Source: Nitrospinales bacterium (GTDB taxonomy: Bacteria; Nitrospinota; Nitrospinia; Nitrospinales; VA-1). From it: DNA of 64,000 nt. Position 1 is the stretch's first letter; the number at the start of each line of letters is the position of its first letter. Made by a program: the position numbers and the translations under genes. The stretch is taken from NCBI GenBank assembly GCA_965223795.1, contig CBDCXL010000002.1:96001-160000 (forward strand), given 5' to 3'. This document shows, one piece after another, positions 31,510 to 39,465 of the stretch. The notes under the pieces are model-generated. The model was not told the origin of the DNA. It was given only the letters and a program-made list of their open reading frames with translations, and did no database searches.

Positions 31510-31978
31510 TTTTTTTCCCTTGCCGTTTGAATTTTTCAAATGGATTTTCCTTCTTTGGCTCCGGTGGAATCGCAGAAATTTTCCCGCGGCTGCTCGGATC
31601 CAGCCCCAACAGCATGCCCATTTTCCGCATATTTTCTTGAGCCTTATTACTGATGCTTATAAAGGGATTCGGGACATCAAAGCCTTTTGGGGTGGTCACC
31701 ACCAGCCCCTGCCTTTTGAGTTCTTTTTCAGACTGGCACCAGCGGGAATAGTTCTGACAGTAGGACGCCAGGGTAGCGCGGTCCAGATTGCTCAGAAGCC
31801 CCAAGCTGTGGAGTTCCTTGGCAAGCCGGCGCCATTCTGCCCGCGCGCCAGCATCTAAGTGAGTAGGCGCCGACGGCAAGGAGGGTTCCGGCTTCGGCTC
31901 GTTCTTATTTATTCGGCATTTTTGCAATGTGCCGGTCAAAGCCTTTAATTGTGTTGGTTTACGTGGCCTTCCAGCCAT
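31502..31978 (-). CDS. terS: Phage terminase small subunit, P27 family
   Basis: MAGRPRKPTQLK, PTHLDAGARAEWRRL, LDRATLASYCQNY, NPFISI, LGLDPSSRGKI. Confidence 0.9.
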   Translation of the reverse strand: MAGRPRKPTQLKALTGTLQKCRINKNEPKPEPSLPSAPTHLDAGARAEWRRLAKELHSLGLLSNLDRATLASYCQNYSRWCQSEKELKRQGLVVTTPKGFDVPNPFISISNKAQENMRKMGMLLGLDPSSRGKISAIPPEPKKENPFEKFKRQGKKNG

Positions 31979-31998
31979 GATGTTTTCCTGTTCCCGTC

Positions 31999-32080
31999 AA
32001 CCGGCGCAAAATTGCGCCCGTTAAATCTAAGTGTCGCCAATTTGGCGATAGTTGAAATCAGTCATCCTTAAGTTAAGGAC
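31999..32080. repeat. Second array of AT-core palindromes, upstream of terS
   Basis: AACCGGCGC-AAAATT-GCGCCCGTT; TGTCGCC-AATTT-GGCGATA; TCCTT-AAGTT-AAGGA. Confidence 0.8.
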
Positions 32081-32111
32081 CACTGAAATGGGGGTTCCCA
32101 ATACCCCTTTT

Positions 32112-32194
32112 GCCCATTTTGCACGCATAAAAATTTGACTGCCATCCGCCGGTCCCATTTTGTCAGGCTGTAGAGATTCCTACTCCCCCTACCC
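32112..32194 (-). other. Putative cos packaging site
   Basis: Minus strand GGGTAGGGGGAGTAGGAATCTCT...GGACCGGCGGATGGCAGTCAAATTTTTATGCGTGCAAAAT just upstream of a P27-type terS, resembling HK97-like cos regions (from memory). Confidence 0.55.
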
Positions 32195-32821
32195 ATCCAT
32201 GTGTGTGGTGGGGCTTGCGATCCCTTCGACCTTCGGGATGGTCTGCCTTATTGTATTCAGCGCAGCGTCCAGATCCTCGATGTCCTGCGACTTCAGGTTC
32301 TCGGCGCTTCGGATTCCCTCCCTGATGGCAGCAAGGGCCTTCCTCACAACCTCAACATTGCCATGGAAATCCTTTTCACGGGCCAGGCTTACGGGATTCC
32401 GTTTCCCCGGAAGCTCAATGTTTGTGACGTCCCGGGCCATGATCTGCTCTTGAAGGTCCCTCAGTTCCCGAATGAAAAGGTCAATGGCTGGATCCGCTGA
32501 ATTCCTGAGAAAGGTTTCCGCCTGATGGATTGTGGTTTCGAATCCATGGGCTATTGCCCGTTTCTCACGCTGCGATTCAGCCCAATTCGCTTCTGCCTTT
32601 TCCAAACTCTTCCGGGCCTTCAAAACCTTCGACCACGCATCAGATGCGGCCTGGTTAAATTTGGGCATCTGCTTCTCCTGGTCGGCCCTGGTCGTCTCGA
32701 TCTTCGATATGGCCTGCAGGCGGCTCTCTCGGATTTCACCCTGCCGTTTCTTCACCAGCTCCTGCCCCTGATCACTTTTCAGGAAATAATCAAAAAGCCC
32801 TTTGTCTGCTATTGTTTTCAT
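32189..32821 (-). CDS. Hypothetical coiled-coil protein between capsid and terS
   Basis: 210-aa helical ORF from ATG 32821. Confidence 0.65.
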   Translation of the reverse strand: MKTIADKGLFDYFLKSDQGQELVKKRQGEIRESRLQAISKIETTRADQEKQMPKFNQAASDAWSKVLKARKSLEKAEANWAESQREKRAIAHGFETTIHQAETFLRNSADPAIDLFIRELRDLQEQIMARDVTNIELPGKRNPVSLAREKDFHGNVEVVRKALAAIREGIRSAENLKSQDIEDLDAALNTIRQTIPKVEGIASPTTHMDG

Positions 32822-32863
32822 CTGAAAGTTCCGTTGCTCATTGTTTTTAAAAAAGAGGAATTC

Positions 32864-32887
32864 GGACGGTCCAAAATTGGACCGTCC
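32864..32887. repeat. Isolated AT-core palindrome
   Basis: GGACGGTCC-AAAATT-GGACCGTCC, a covariant of 30004-30027. Confidence 0.85.
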
Positions 32888-32945
32888 TCTTACGTCAATG
32901 CTATGAAGCACCGCCGCCCCGTATTCTGAGGCGGCGGACTCTATA

Positions 32946-34232
32946 TCACGATCGAGTCTGAAGATTGATAAAGGGTGAAAGGGTATTCGTACCCTTAAAC
33001 GGCGTGATCGGCGCATTCTGGATCGGCTGGCCGTCCTGGCGCAGCACGAACCGGAAGGTCATCTCGTCCGTGAGGAATTGCACGTGGATGGACAGATCCG
33101 CCCGGATGCCACCCTTCTCGATCAGAACGTACTGGTTCAGATCAGCGAAGATGATATCTCCGGCCGTTCCCAGCGCTTCGCACTGCTCGATGGGGGTGAT
33201 AGGGCGCCCGAAAAGCGTCCCGAATGGGGCTGCAGAAAGCCCGCCGGCAGGCACAAAAACCGGAACGCCGCCGGTCCCAACGGCATGGCTCAACTGGAAA
33301 AGCTGAGGCCAGACTTCCTGGTTGATGTACCATTCGGCGCGCATCAGGCTAGATGCGGGCATGCGGGCGTACATCTTTTCGATGTTTTCCGCAATGACCG
33401 TTGAAGCAGCCTGGCCGCTTTCCTTGGATACCGTCACGAGTGCGGGGGAATTGAGGATACCCATGGGTTTACCCGCACCGTCACCGCGGACGATGGCGTC
33501 GTCGATTTTAAAGCCGAATTCCTCAGTGAACGCCTGCCGGACAACCATTTCCAGCGCGGCCGCATCGGCAAGCAGCTCCTCGGTGACATAGGCCAGGCCG
33601 ATCAGCTTTTTGAGGTTCAGCTCCATCTGGCGGAACTTCGGTTTCGAGGCCGTGGCCGCGGCGGCTTCGGCTTTCCAGTACGCCTGAACGCCACCCCAGC
33701 GGGACCCGTCGACCCGGGATGTCTCGTCCACAGCCGGGATCTTGATCCCGTTGGCGCCCGAACTGATGGGGATCCGCCGGCACCTTCTGGAAAGCATCCC
33801 GGTCTCATGCACCTGGTTCAGCAGTTCATTGGAAAAATCCTGCTGGACCAGCCACCCGCCTTCGGATGAGACGCTTTCGCCAAGGCCGGTAGCCGCATTG
33901 TATTGCAACCGTGGATCCGACATTGCGTTCCGATCCGCGGCCCTGGCCACGGCCACAAGCTGTTCACCGAAACTCTCGAAGGAGTTTTCGGGAGAAGGAT
34001 TGTAAGATCCCTGGTGAAGAGAAGGCATGTTGCGTTCAAACTCAGCCTCCCTTTCCGCTACTTCCAGGTCATGCCTCATTTCCTCAACTTCTGATATTAC
34101 TGCGTCGTACTCTTTGAGCTTTTGAGCCTTTTCAGCTTTACTGCCCGCGCTGCCCGCTTCATCCAGAAGCGTTTGCGCCTTTTGCATTAAATCAGCTTTT
34201 TTCTGAATTAAAAACTTCCTGTTTTTGCTCAT
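32946..34232 (-). CDS. HK97-fold major capsid protein with N-terminal coiled-coil (delta-like) domain
   Basis: GGWLVQQDF, AYWKAEA, KKLIGLAYVTEELLAD, GDGAGKPMGILN, GDIIFADL, FRFVLRQDG; GGAGGG RBS. Confidence 0.93.
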   Translation of the reverse strand: MSKNRKFLIQKKADLMQKAQTLLDEAGSAGSKAEKAQKLKEYDAVISEVEEMRHDLEVAEREAEFERNMPSLHQGSYNPSPENSFESFGEQLVAVARAADRNAMSDPRLQYNAATGLGESVSSEGGWLVQQDFSNELLNQVHETGMLSRRCRRIPISSGANGIKIPAVDETSRVDGSRWGGVQAYWKAEAAAATASKPKFRQMELNLKKLIGLAYVTEELLADAAALEMVVRQAFTEEFGFKIDDAIVRGDGAGKPMGILNSPALVTVSKESGQAASTVIAENIEKMYARMPASSLMRAEWYINQEVWPQLFQLSHAVGTGGVPVFVPAGGLSAAPFGTLFGRPITPIEQCEALGTAGDIIFADLNQYVLIEKGGIRADLSIHVQFLTDEMTFRFVLRQDGQPIQNAPITPFKGTNTLSPFINLQTRS

Positions 34233-34388
34233 TCGTCCCTCCGTGGACAAATATTTTTTTTAACCTACAAATTAAAATTTTCCGCCGGCTTTAAGCCGGG
34301 ATAAGGGTTTCACTATGAGGTGGAGGGCCAGGAGAAGTAGACAGCCAAGCCCTTTGAAACCATCCACAAAAACCCTCCACCTCGTTTT

Positions 34389-34646
34389 TCAGTTCATTCG
34401 TTTTTCAAAATCGAGAAGTTTAGGCAGTCTCAGCTCACCATGATCCGTGAGCGATTTATAGAGAAGCTGAACCACCCTGTAGAAAATTTGATAGTCTCCT
34501 GTTCCAACTCTGTTTTCTTCCAGGAAATCCAGAACTTTATTGATCTTCATTTCGAAAAGCGGATCGCTCTCTTCCATTTCGATAGACCAGTTGGCATGAT
34601 CCAGCAATACCCGTTGATCCGCGAACCACTGTTTGTCTCTAACCAT
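34389..34646 (-). CDS. Small hypothetical protein
   Basis: AGGAG RBS, 85 aa, co-oriented with the module. Confidence 0.6.
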   Translation of the reverse strand: MVRDKQWFADQRVLLDHANWSIEMEESDPLFEMKINKVLDFLEENRVGTGDYQIFYRVVQLLYKSLTDHGELRLPKLLDFEKRMN

Positions 34647-34673
34647 CGGTTTCTCCTGTTTTTTATTATTTAA

Positions 34674-35802
34674 TTAGAACGTCCGCGCGCCGCCGCGCGA
34701 ACGCGCGTCGATGAGCCCGGCCATCACCGCCTCCTGGATCGTCGGCATCAAGTTCAGGATCTCCGCCCGCACCGTCGCCGCCACTCCGGTAGATATGTGC
34801 ATGTGATTGACGACCGAACCGCTGCCCTGATGCCCCGGCGTTTCCACCGTGACGCGCTCGCCGCGGCTTGCCTTGAACGCCACCAGGTTCTGGTCGATGC
34901 CGCCGCGGCCGCCGACCGTGAACTGACCGCCGTGCGCAAATCCAATAAGTTTTCTAAGCGCTCCCACGTTCTCCTTCGTTCCATCCCCAAAAAGTGGCAA
35001 TGTGATGGTACTTCGAACTAAAGCCCGCGTGATATCCTGCATGATGGCTGTTGCGAAGTTCTTCAGCGCTTCCATTTTGTCCTGCGTGGTGGTGATGGCA
35101 TCGACGATGGAATTCTCGGTGGTCTGCCCGATGGCGGAGAAGAACTGGTTCACCTGGTCGCTGGTTTCCTTGCTTTTGCTGGTCAGGTCCGACAGCCGGC
35201 CTTCCAGCAGCGACTGCGCCTTCAGGAACTGGTCCGGCGTTTTGTCGAATTCGCCCAGGTCGGCGCGCGCCTTCAATTCGTCCATCTGCTTTTTCAGCCG
35301 CTCGATCGGCGTTTCCGATTCGCGGAACACCTGGTTGAGCAGCTGCTGCGCCTCGCTGATTTTCGCGATCTGGCCGGGCACCGTGGACGCCGCGGCGAAA
35401 AATCCCTCGACATCTTCCTCCGCCCCCTCGAACGCCTCGCCAACCTTTTCCACCGCCTTCGAGGCGTTGAACGCTTCCAGCGCCAGGTCCTGAGTGCTTG
35501 TCTTTGCCTGTTTGTCCGCCTGCGCGGTCGAACGCGAAGCGCAGCTCCTGCAGCCGTTCAGTGGTGATGCCGATTCGGACTGCCGACTTGCCGATCTCGT
35601 CGGCGAAGTTCAGCGATTCCTTCGTCAGCTTGAGAAGCAACCCGCCAGTCAGGATGCCTGCCAATGTTCGCTGTAAACCGGCGAATGATTTGGTCAATCC
35701 GCCCAGTTGCCCGCGCGCGCGGTCCATGCCCTTGTTGAATTGATCACTTTCAAGCGATAGGATCGCTCGCAATTTTCCAATGTCGGCTGTAGCCATTTTC
35801 AA
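34674..35802 (-). pseudogene. Short tail tape-measure-like gene split across two frames
   Basis: N-terminal frame (IGKLRAILSLESDQFNKGM...GITTERLQELRFA) and C-terminal frame (...GFAHGGQFTVGGRGGIDQNLVAFKASRGERVTV...RSRGG) switch near 35500-35530. Confidence 0.7.
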
Positions 35803-37490
35803 AAACTCCTTTGAAGATATCTGCCGGTTGGCAAATCATAAATCAGCGTAACCATCCCGGGTTGACCTACTTCTCGGAACCGGACTTTCTGCACGTGAAT
35901 TTGAACCTCCCTCGATGCCGGTTGCGAAATATCCCGCCACACCGTGATGCAGTTGTCCGCCTTGTTTCTCCAATGAGCGGAACCGCTCACGTCATAAGGC
36001 GTGGGAACCGGATAATTTCCATTCGAATTTTTCTGCAACTTTGTGGGATGGGCCACCAGCCACACGTGAACCTGATAAGTCCGAGCGAAACGCCGAATCT
36101 TTGTGAGCGCGGCGCTGATGTATTCGGTCTCGGACATGCCAGATGGGCGGCTGTGATCCAGTTCATTCCATGGATCGAGCACAAGACCGCGAATGCCTTT
36201 CCGAAAAACCAGCGCCCGCGCAAGGCGAAGGACGCCTTCGACAGTTAAATCATCCTCATCCGGCAAAATGAAAGTGAAGTGCTCCCCAAGCCATTTAAGT
36301 CCCCGCTCTACATCGTCGCTCCCCATGCGTGGCGTTGGGCCGTCCGGAAATGGTTTTCGAATTCTTTTTTCCAGCAACTTCGCGGCGTGCCGCTCCAGTG
36401 GGAGGTTCTCGGGGGAACAGATCCCAAAGTTCCAGCCTTCCGATTCCGCCAAGTTGACCAGCATGGCATCAAGAAGTTCAGATTTCCCATGAGAGGGAAT
36501 ACCCGTCACCAACGTCCACTCACCAGGCCGCACGCTGTAATATTTTTTAAGCGACAACCAGCCCGGATCTGCGCCGCCTGTGAGTCCTTCAGCGTGTAGG
36601 GCCCGGACTTTTTCAGCGATGTCTCGAACCTCATGAAGCCCCCGGATCGGGTAAGGTTTAGCAGTTTCTATGCACGTGCGCACCGCCTCCGGGCCATGAT
36701 TCCGCAATACATCATTCGCATCCTTGCATCCTTCCGGCCAGTTCACCAGATGGCATTTTTCTGGCCCCAGGCGCCGCGCAAGCTCAGATTCCAGTTTTTT
36801 CCCTTGCACGTCATTGTCCCCAGCCAAAACGTGTTTTTTGACCGGTTCAATTACCTCTGTGCATCCTTCCAGGAAACCCAGCTTATCGGCCGCGCCATTC
36901 GGCACCGATACGCATGAAGGGAATCCCGCCGCCTCGATGGACAGCTTGTCCAGCTCCCCCTCAACCCAGATCAATTCATCCGTCTGGATGTCGTCATACC
37001 CGTACAAGGTGCGCTGCGCGTCCTTGACCAGCTTGAAGTTTTTCTCACGGTCTCGGAATTTAACATTAACCACTTGGCCGTTTTTTAGGTACGGAAACCG
37101 AATCACGTCCACTTTCGTTTGAGCCTGGGGCATCCACTCCAGCCCAGTGGACACTTGATTCCGGTCCAGGATGTGCTCGGGGATGCAACGCTCATCAACC
37201 AAGTACTGGTATGCCCATTCAGGCAGTTCTGCTTTTGAGTACTCAATACGCCTGGAGTTGTGTTTCGTCGAACTGGTCACCGATCCGTTCCCATTCAGCT
37301 CCCGGTTCGCCTTCAACCCATCCTTCCAGCCACAGTGGTGGCAGAACCACGTCTCCTTGTTGATGTTGACCGCCAGGCAGGGATCTTTTTTATTCCGCCT
37401 GGAATCGCTGCATTGCGGGCACGTGGTTTTTACCTCCCCCGCGGTCCGCCCCCGGGTGTCGATGCCGTGGTCGATAAACGATCCTGTCAC
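35799..37490 (-). CDS. Twinkle/T7 gp4-like primase-helicase (Zn finger, TOPRIM, SF4 helicase)
   Basis: CPQC...CHHC, WVEGELD, SVPNGA, GDND, KDANDVL, TGIPSHGKS, VLDPWN, VAHP; GTG 37490 overlaps the upstream stop and has a GGAGG RBS. Confidence 0.9.
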   Translation of the reverse strand: MTGSFIDHGIDTRGRTAGEVKTTCPQCSDSRRNKKDPCLAVNINKETWFCHHCGWKDGLKANRELNGNGSVTSSTKHNSRRIEYSKAELPEWAYQYLVDERCIPEHILDRNQVSTGLEWMPQAQTKVDVIRFPYLKNGQVVNVKFRDREKNFKLVKDAQRTLYGYDDIQTDELIWVEGELDKLSIEAAGFPSCVSVPNGAADKLGFLEGCTEVIEPVKKHVLAGDNDVQGKKLESELARRLGPEKCHLVNWPEGCKDANDVLRNHGPEAVRTCIETAKPYPIRGLHEVRDIAEKVRALHAEGLTGGADPGWLSLKKYYSVRPGEWTLVTGIPSHGKSELLDAMLVNLAESEGWNFGICSPENLPLERHAAKLLEKRIRKPFPDGPTPRMGSDDVERGLKWLGEHFTFILPDEDDLTVEGVLRLARALVFRKGIRGLVLDPWNELDHSRPSGMSETEYISAALTKIRRFARTYQVHVWLVAHPTKLQKNSNGNYPVPTPYDVSGSAHWRNKADNCITVWRDISQPASREVQIHVQKVRFREVGQPGMVTLIYDLPTGRYLQRSF

Positions 37491-38347
37491 AGCACCACCT
37501 CCCCCCGGCCGGCGCTGTTCATCTCTGCTTGTGACACGCGGCCATTCCCCTTTGCCTGGCGTTGTATGCACAGCTGGTCCCATTGCTTCCGCAATTTTCC
37601 GGGGCTCAGTATATTTGAGCGCCAGAATAAATTTGCATTCGCCCAAGTGAACAGATCGCGGATCTCCTGATGCGCTCGACCGTCTCGTTCCCGCATCAAT
37701 CTGATATCGTCCGCCCAGGAATTCAGATTGGGTTGCTTAAAATCTTCCTTGAGAGTCCGGATCTTCTCCAGGATAAACTCCGCGGTTTCGAGATCCACCG
37801 TGGTGAATTTTTGGGTTCTTCTGGCGGTAAAATTTTCAGAAGGAGAAGCGTCCGGAATCTTTGATTCCGGCACATTATTCTTTTGATTTTGTAAAAGGCT
37901 TTCGTTAGAAGTGCCATTTTTGGCCCCTCTAGCTTGTTTTGGCGTTATTTTTGAAGTACTTACAGAAGTGCCATTCTTGGCACTTCTTACAAAAGTTGGC
38001 ACTTCACTATACAAAAGTTGGCACTTCTCTCCTTCTCCAGAAGTGCCATTTTTGGCCCCTCTGGATTTTGAAATAGGACGCCACTTGGTTATCTGAATGC
38101 CAAGATCGTGGGGCCTCCGAGTGACCTCGATATATTCGTTTTTTCTAAGGTCCTGCAGATGCCTTTTTACTGTCCGCGTTCCCATGCCTGTTTCTTTGCA
38201 AATTCGAGCAACTTTAATTGTGAGCCGTCCTGTTTCCCAGTCCGCCACCTGGTGGAGATAGCCGTATAACCAAATTGCTGTTCCAATTTTGTCGCGGTGT
38301 TTGGGGTCGGTAAAAAGCCCCTTTCGCAAGGGAGCCCACCATCCCAT
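37487..38347 (-). CDS. Phage-type replication initiator (N-terminal wHTH, internal iterons)
   Basis: wHTH-like N-terminus; C-terminal WADDIRLMRERDGR...LFTWAN..FWRSNILSPGKLRKQWDQL typical of lambda O-like proteins. Confidence 0.85.
   Translation of the reverse strand: MGWWAPLRKGLFTDPKHRDKIGTAIWLYGYLHQVADWETGRLTIKVARICKETGMGTRTVKRHLQDLRKNEYIEVTRRPHDLGIQITKWRPISKSRGAKNGTSGEGEKCQLLYSEVPTFVRSAKNGTSVSTSKITPKQARGAKNGTSNESLLQNQKNNVPESKIPDASPSENFTARRTQKFTTVDLETAEFILEKIRTLKEDFKQPNLNSWADDIRLMRERDGRAHQEIRDLFTWANANLFWRSNILSPGKLRKQWDQLCIQRQAKGNGRVSQAEMNSAGRGEVVL
37907..38062. repeat. Iteron cluster (putative replication origin) inside the initiator gene
   Basis: AGAAGTGCCATTTTTGGCCCCTCT x2 (37907, 38039); palindrome AGAAGTGCCATTCTTGGCACTTCT (37964); TACAAAAGTTGGCACTTC x2 (37988, 38010). 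Confidence 0.8.
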
Positions 38348-38538
38348 CAGTGCCTCGCATGTGCAGATACGAAGCGGTAAAACTCCGCAGTCGTTTTTTC
38401 AAAGCGCAGCCCAACGGCATACAGGACAACCTCATCGCGCACTTGGTCAGGACGTCGGCGGGGGAGATAGTTTATTTGAAATAATTGCCGTTCCTTCAAC
38501 CCGCCGTTTGCGCCGGCGGGTATTTTTTTTGCTCTCAT
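38347..38538 (-). CDS. Small hypothetical protein
   Basis: 63 aa, overlaps both neighbours (ATGA and TGATG junctions), GAGGTG RBS. Confidence 0.5.
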   Translation of the reverse strand: MRAKKIPAGANGGLKERQLFQINYLPRRRPDQVRDEVVLYAVGLRFEKTTAEFYRFVSAHARH

Positions 38539-38741
38539 TTCGCCACCTCGTCCTCACCGGCCACATACTGCTCGAGCTCGTCGAACCTGTAGAAAGCCAG
38601 TCGCCCCCGCCGGTAGACTTTAGGACCTCGACCCTGGCTTGCCAAGTTTGCTAAAGTTTTCGATGAAAGGCCGTCAAACCACCGCCCCACGCGCGTCCTC
38701 GCGACCATTATTGGGGTTTCCCTTTTCTTCAAATTTGGCAT
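38535..38741 (-). CDS. AlpA/excisionase-like HTH DNA-binding protein
   Basis: LSSKTLANLASQGRGPKV..RGRLAFYRFDELEQY; AGGAG RBS. Confidence 0.8.
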   Translation of the reverse strand: MPNLKKRETPIMVARTRVGRWFDGLSSKTLANLASQGRGPKVYRRGRLAFYRFDELEQYVAGEDEVAK

Positions 38742-38859
38742 TTGCGACTCCTGTAATAGACCGTTAGGCTCATACAGGAATCATGATGCAAGGAGGATCT
38801 GGAAGAAAGTCGTTATAAGGGAACCTAAAATAACCTGAAAGGAAAGCGGGGGTGGGAGG

Positions 38860-39465
38860 CTATTGTGGGGAAGGGATGCCTTGTAATCCAGCCTCTCTTA
38901 GGCGTCGGGCAACCCGGTCTGGGCTAGACAATAGATATGGGAGTTCTTTCTGAATTTTTTCAAGAGCAGCAATTTTTTTTTCGCGCGAATCTGATTCCTC
39001 AACAAGTTCTTGCCATCTTTTTTTTATCAGTTCACCCATTTGGGGAGACCAAACCGCCCTCTTTCCCTTTTTGTCAGATACGAGATTTAATATTTTCCCG
39101 GCATCTCGCAGAGCTTTTTTAGAATCCCACTCAGGATGCAACCGATCTTTGTTGTATGCCAACAACGTAGCAAATTTTTCCCAGGCTAGCTTATTATTGT
39201 GTTGATGAAGGGGGAAGTATTTCACAGCAAGTTCAAGGGCCTTATGCACTGTTTCAAAATCTTCTCCATTAAGATTTTGCCCCGGCCTTAGGCGTTCCTT
39301 CAGTTCTTGAAATCGAACGGGTAAAATTTCAATTTTTTGAATTGCTGATTGGATGTCTCTTATCTCTTTTATATCTGCTTCGTTTTTTCCCTGAAGCTTT
39401 TCAAGATCCTGATTGAGTTCAGCAAGAATTTTTTTCCGTTCCGACTCTTGTTCTTTAATTTTCAT
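38860..39465 (-). CDS. Hypothetical protein downstream of the integrase (possible regulator)
   Basis: 201-aa ORF overlapping the integrase stop; possible C-terminal HTH. Confidence 0.6.
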   Translation of the reverse strand: MKIKEQESERKKILAELNQDLEKLQGKNEADIKEIRDIQSAIQKIEILPVRFQELKERLRPGQNLNGEDFETVHKALELAVKYFPLHQHNNKLAWEKFATLLAYNKDRLHPEWDSKKALRDAGKILNLVSDKKGKRAVWSPQMGELIKKRWQELVEESDSREKKIAALEKIQKELPYLLSSPDRVARRLREAGLQGIPSPQ

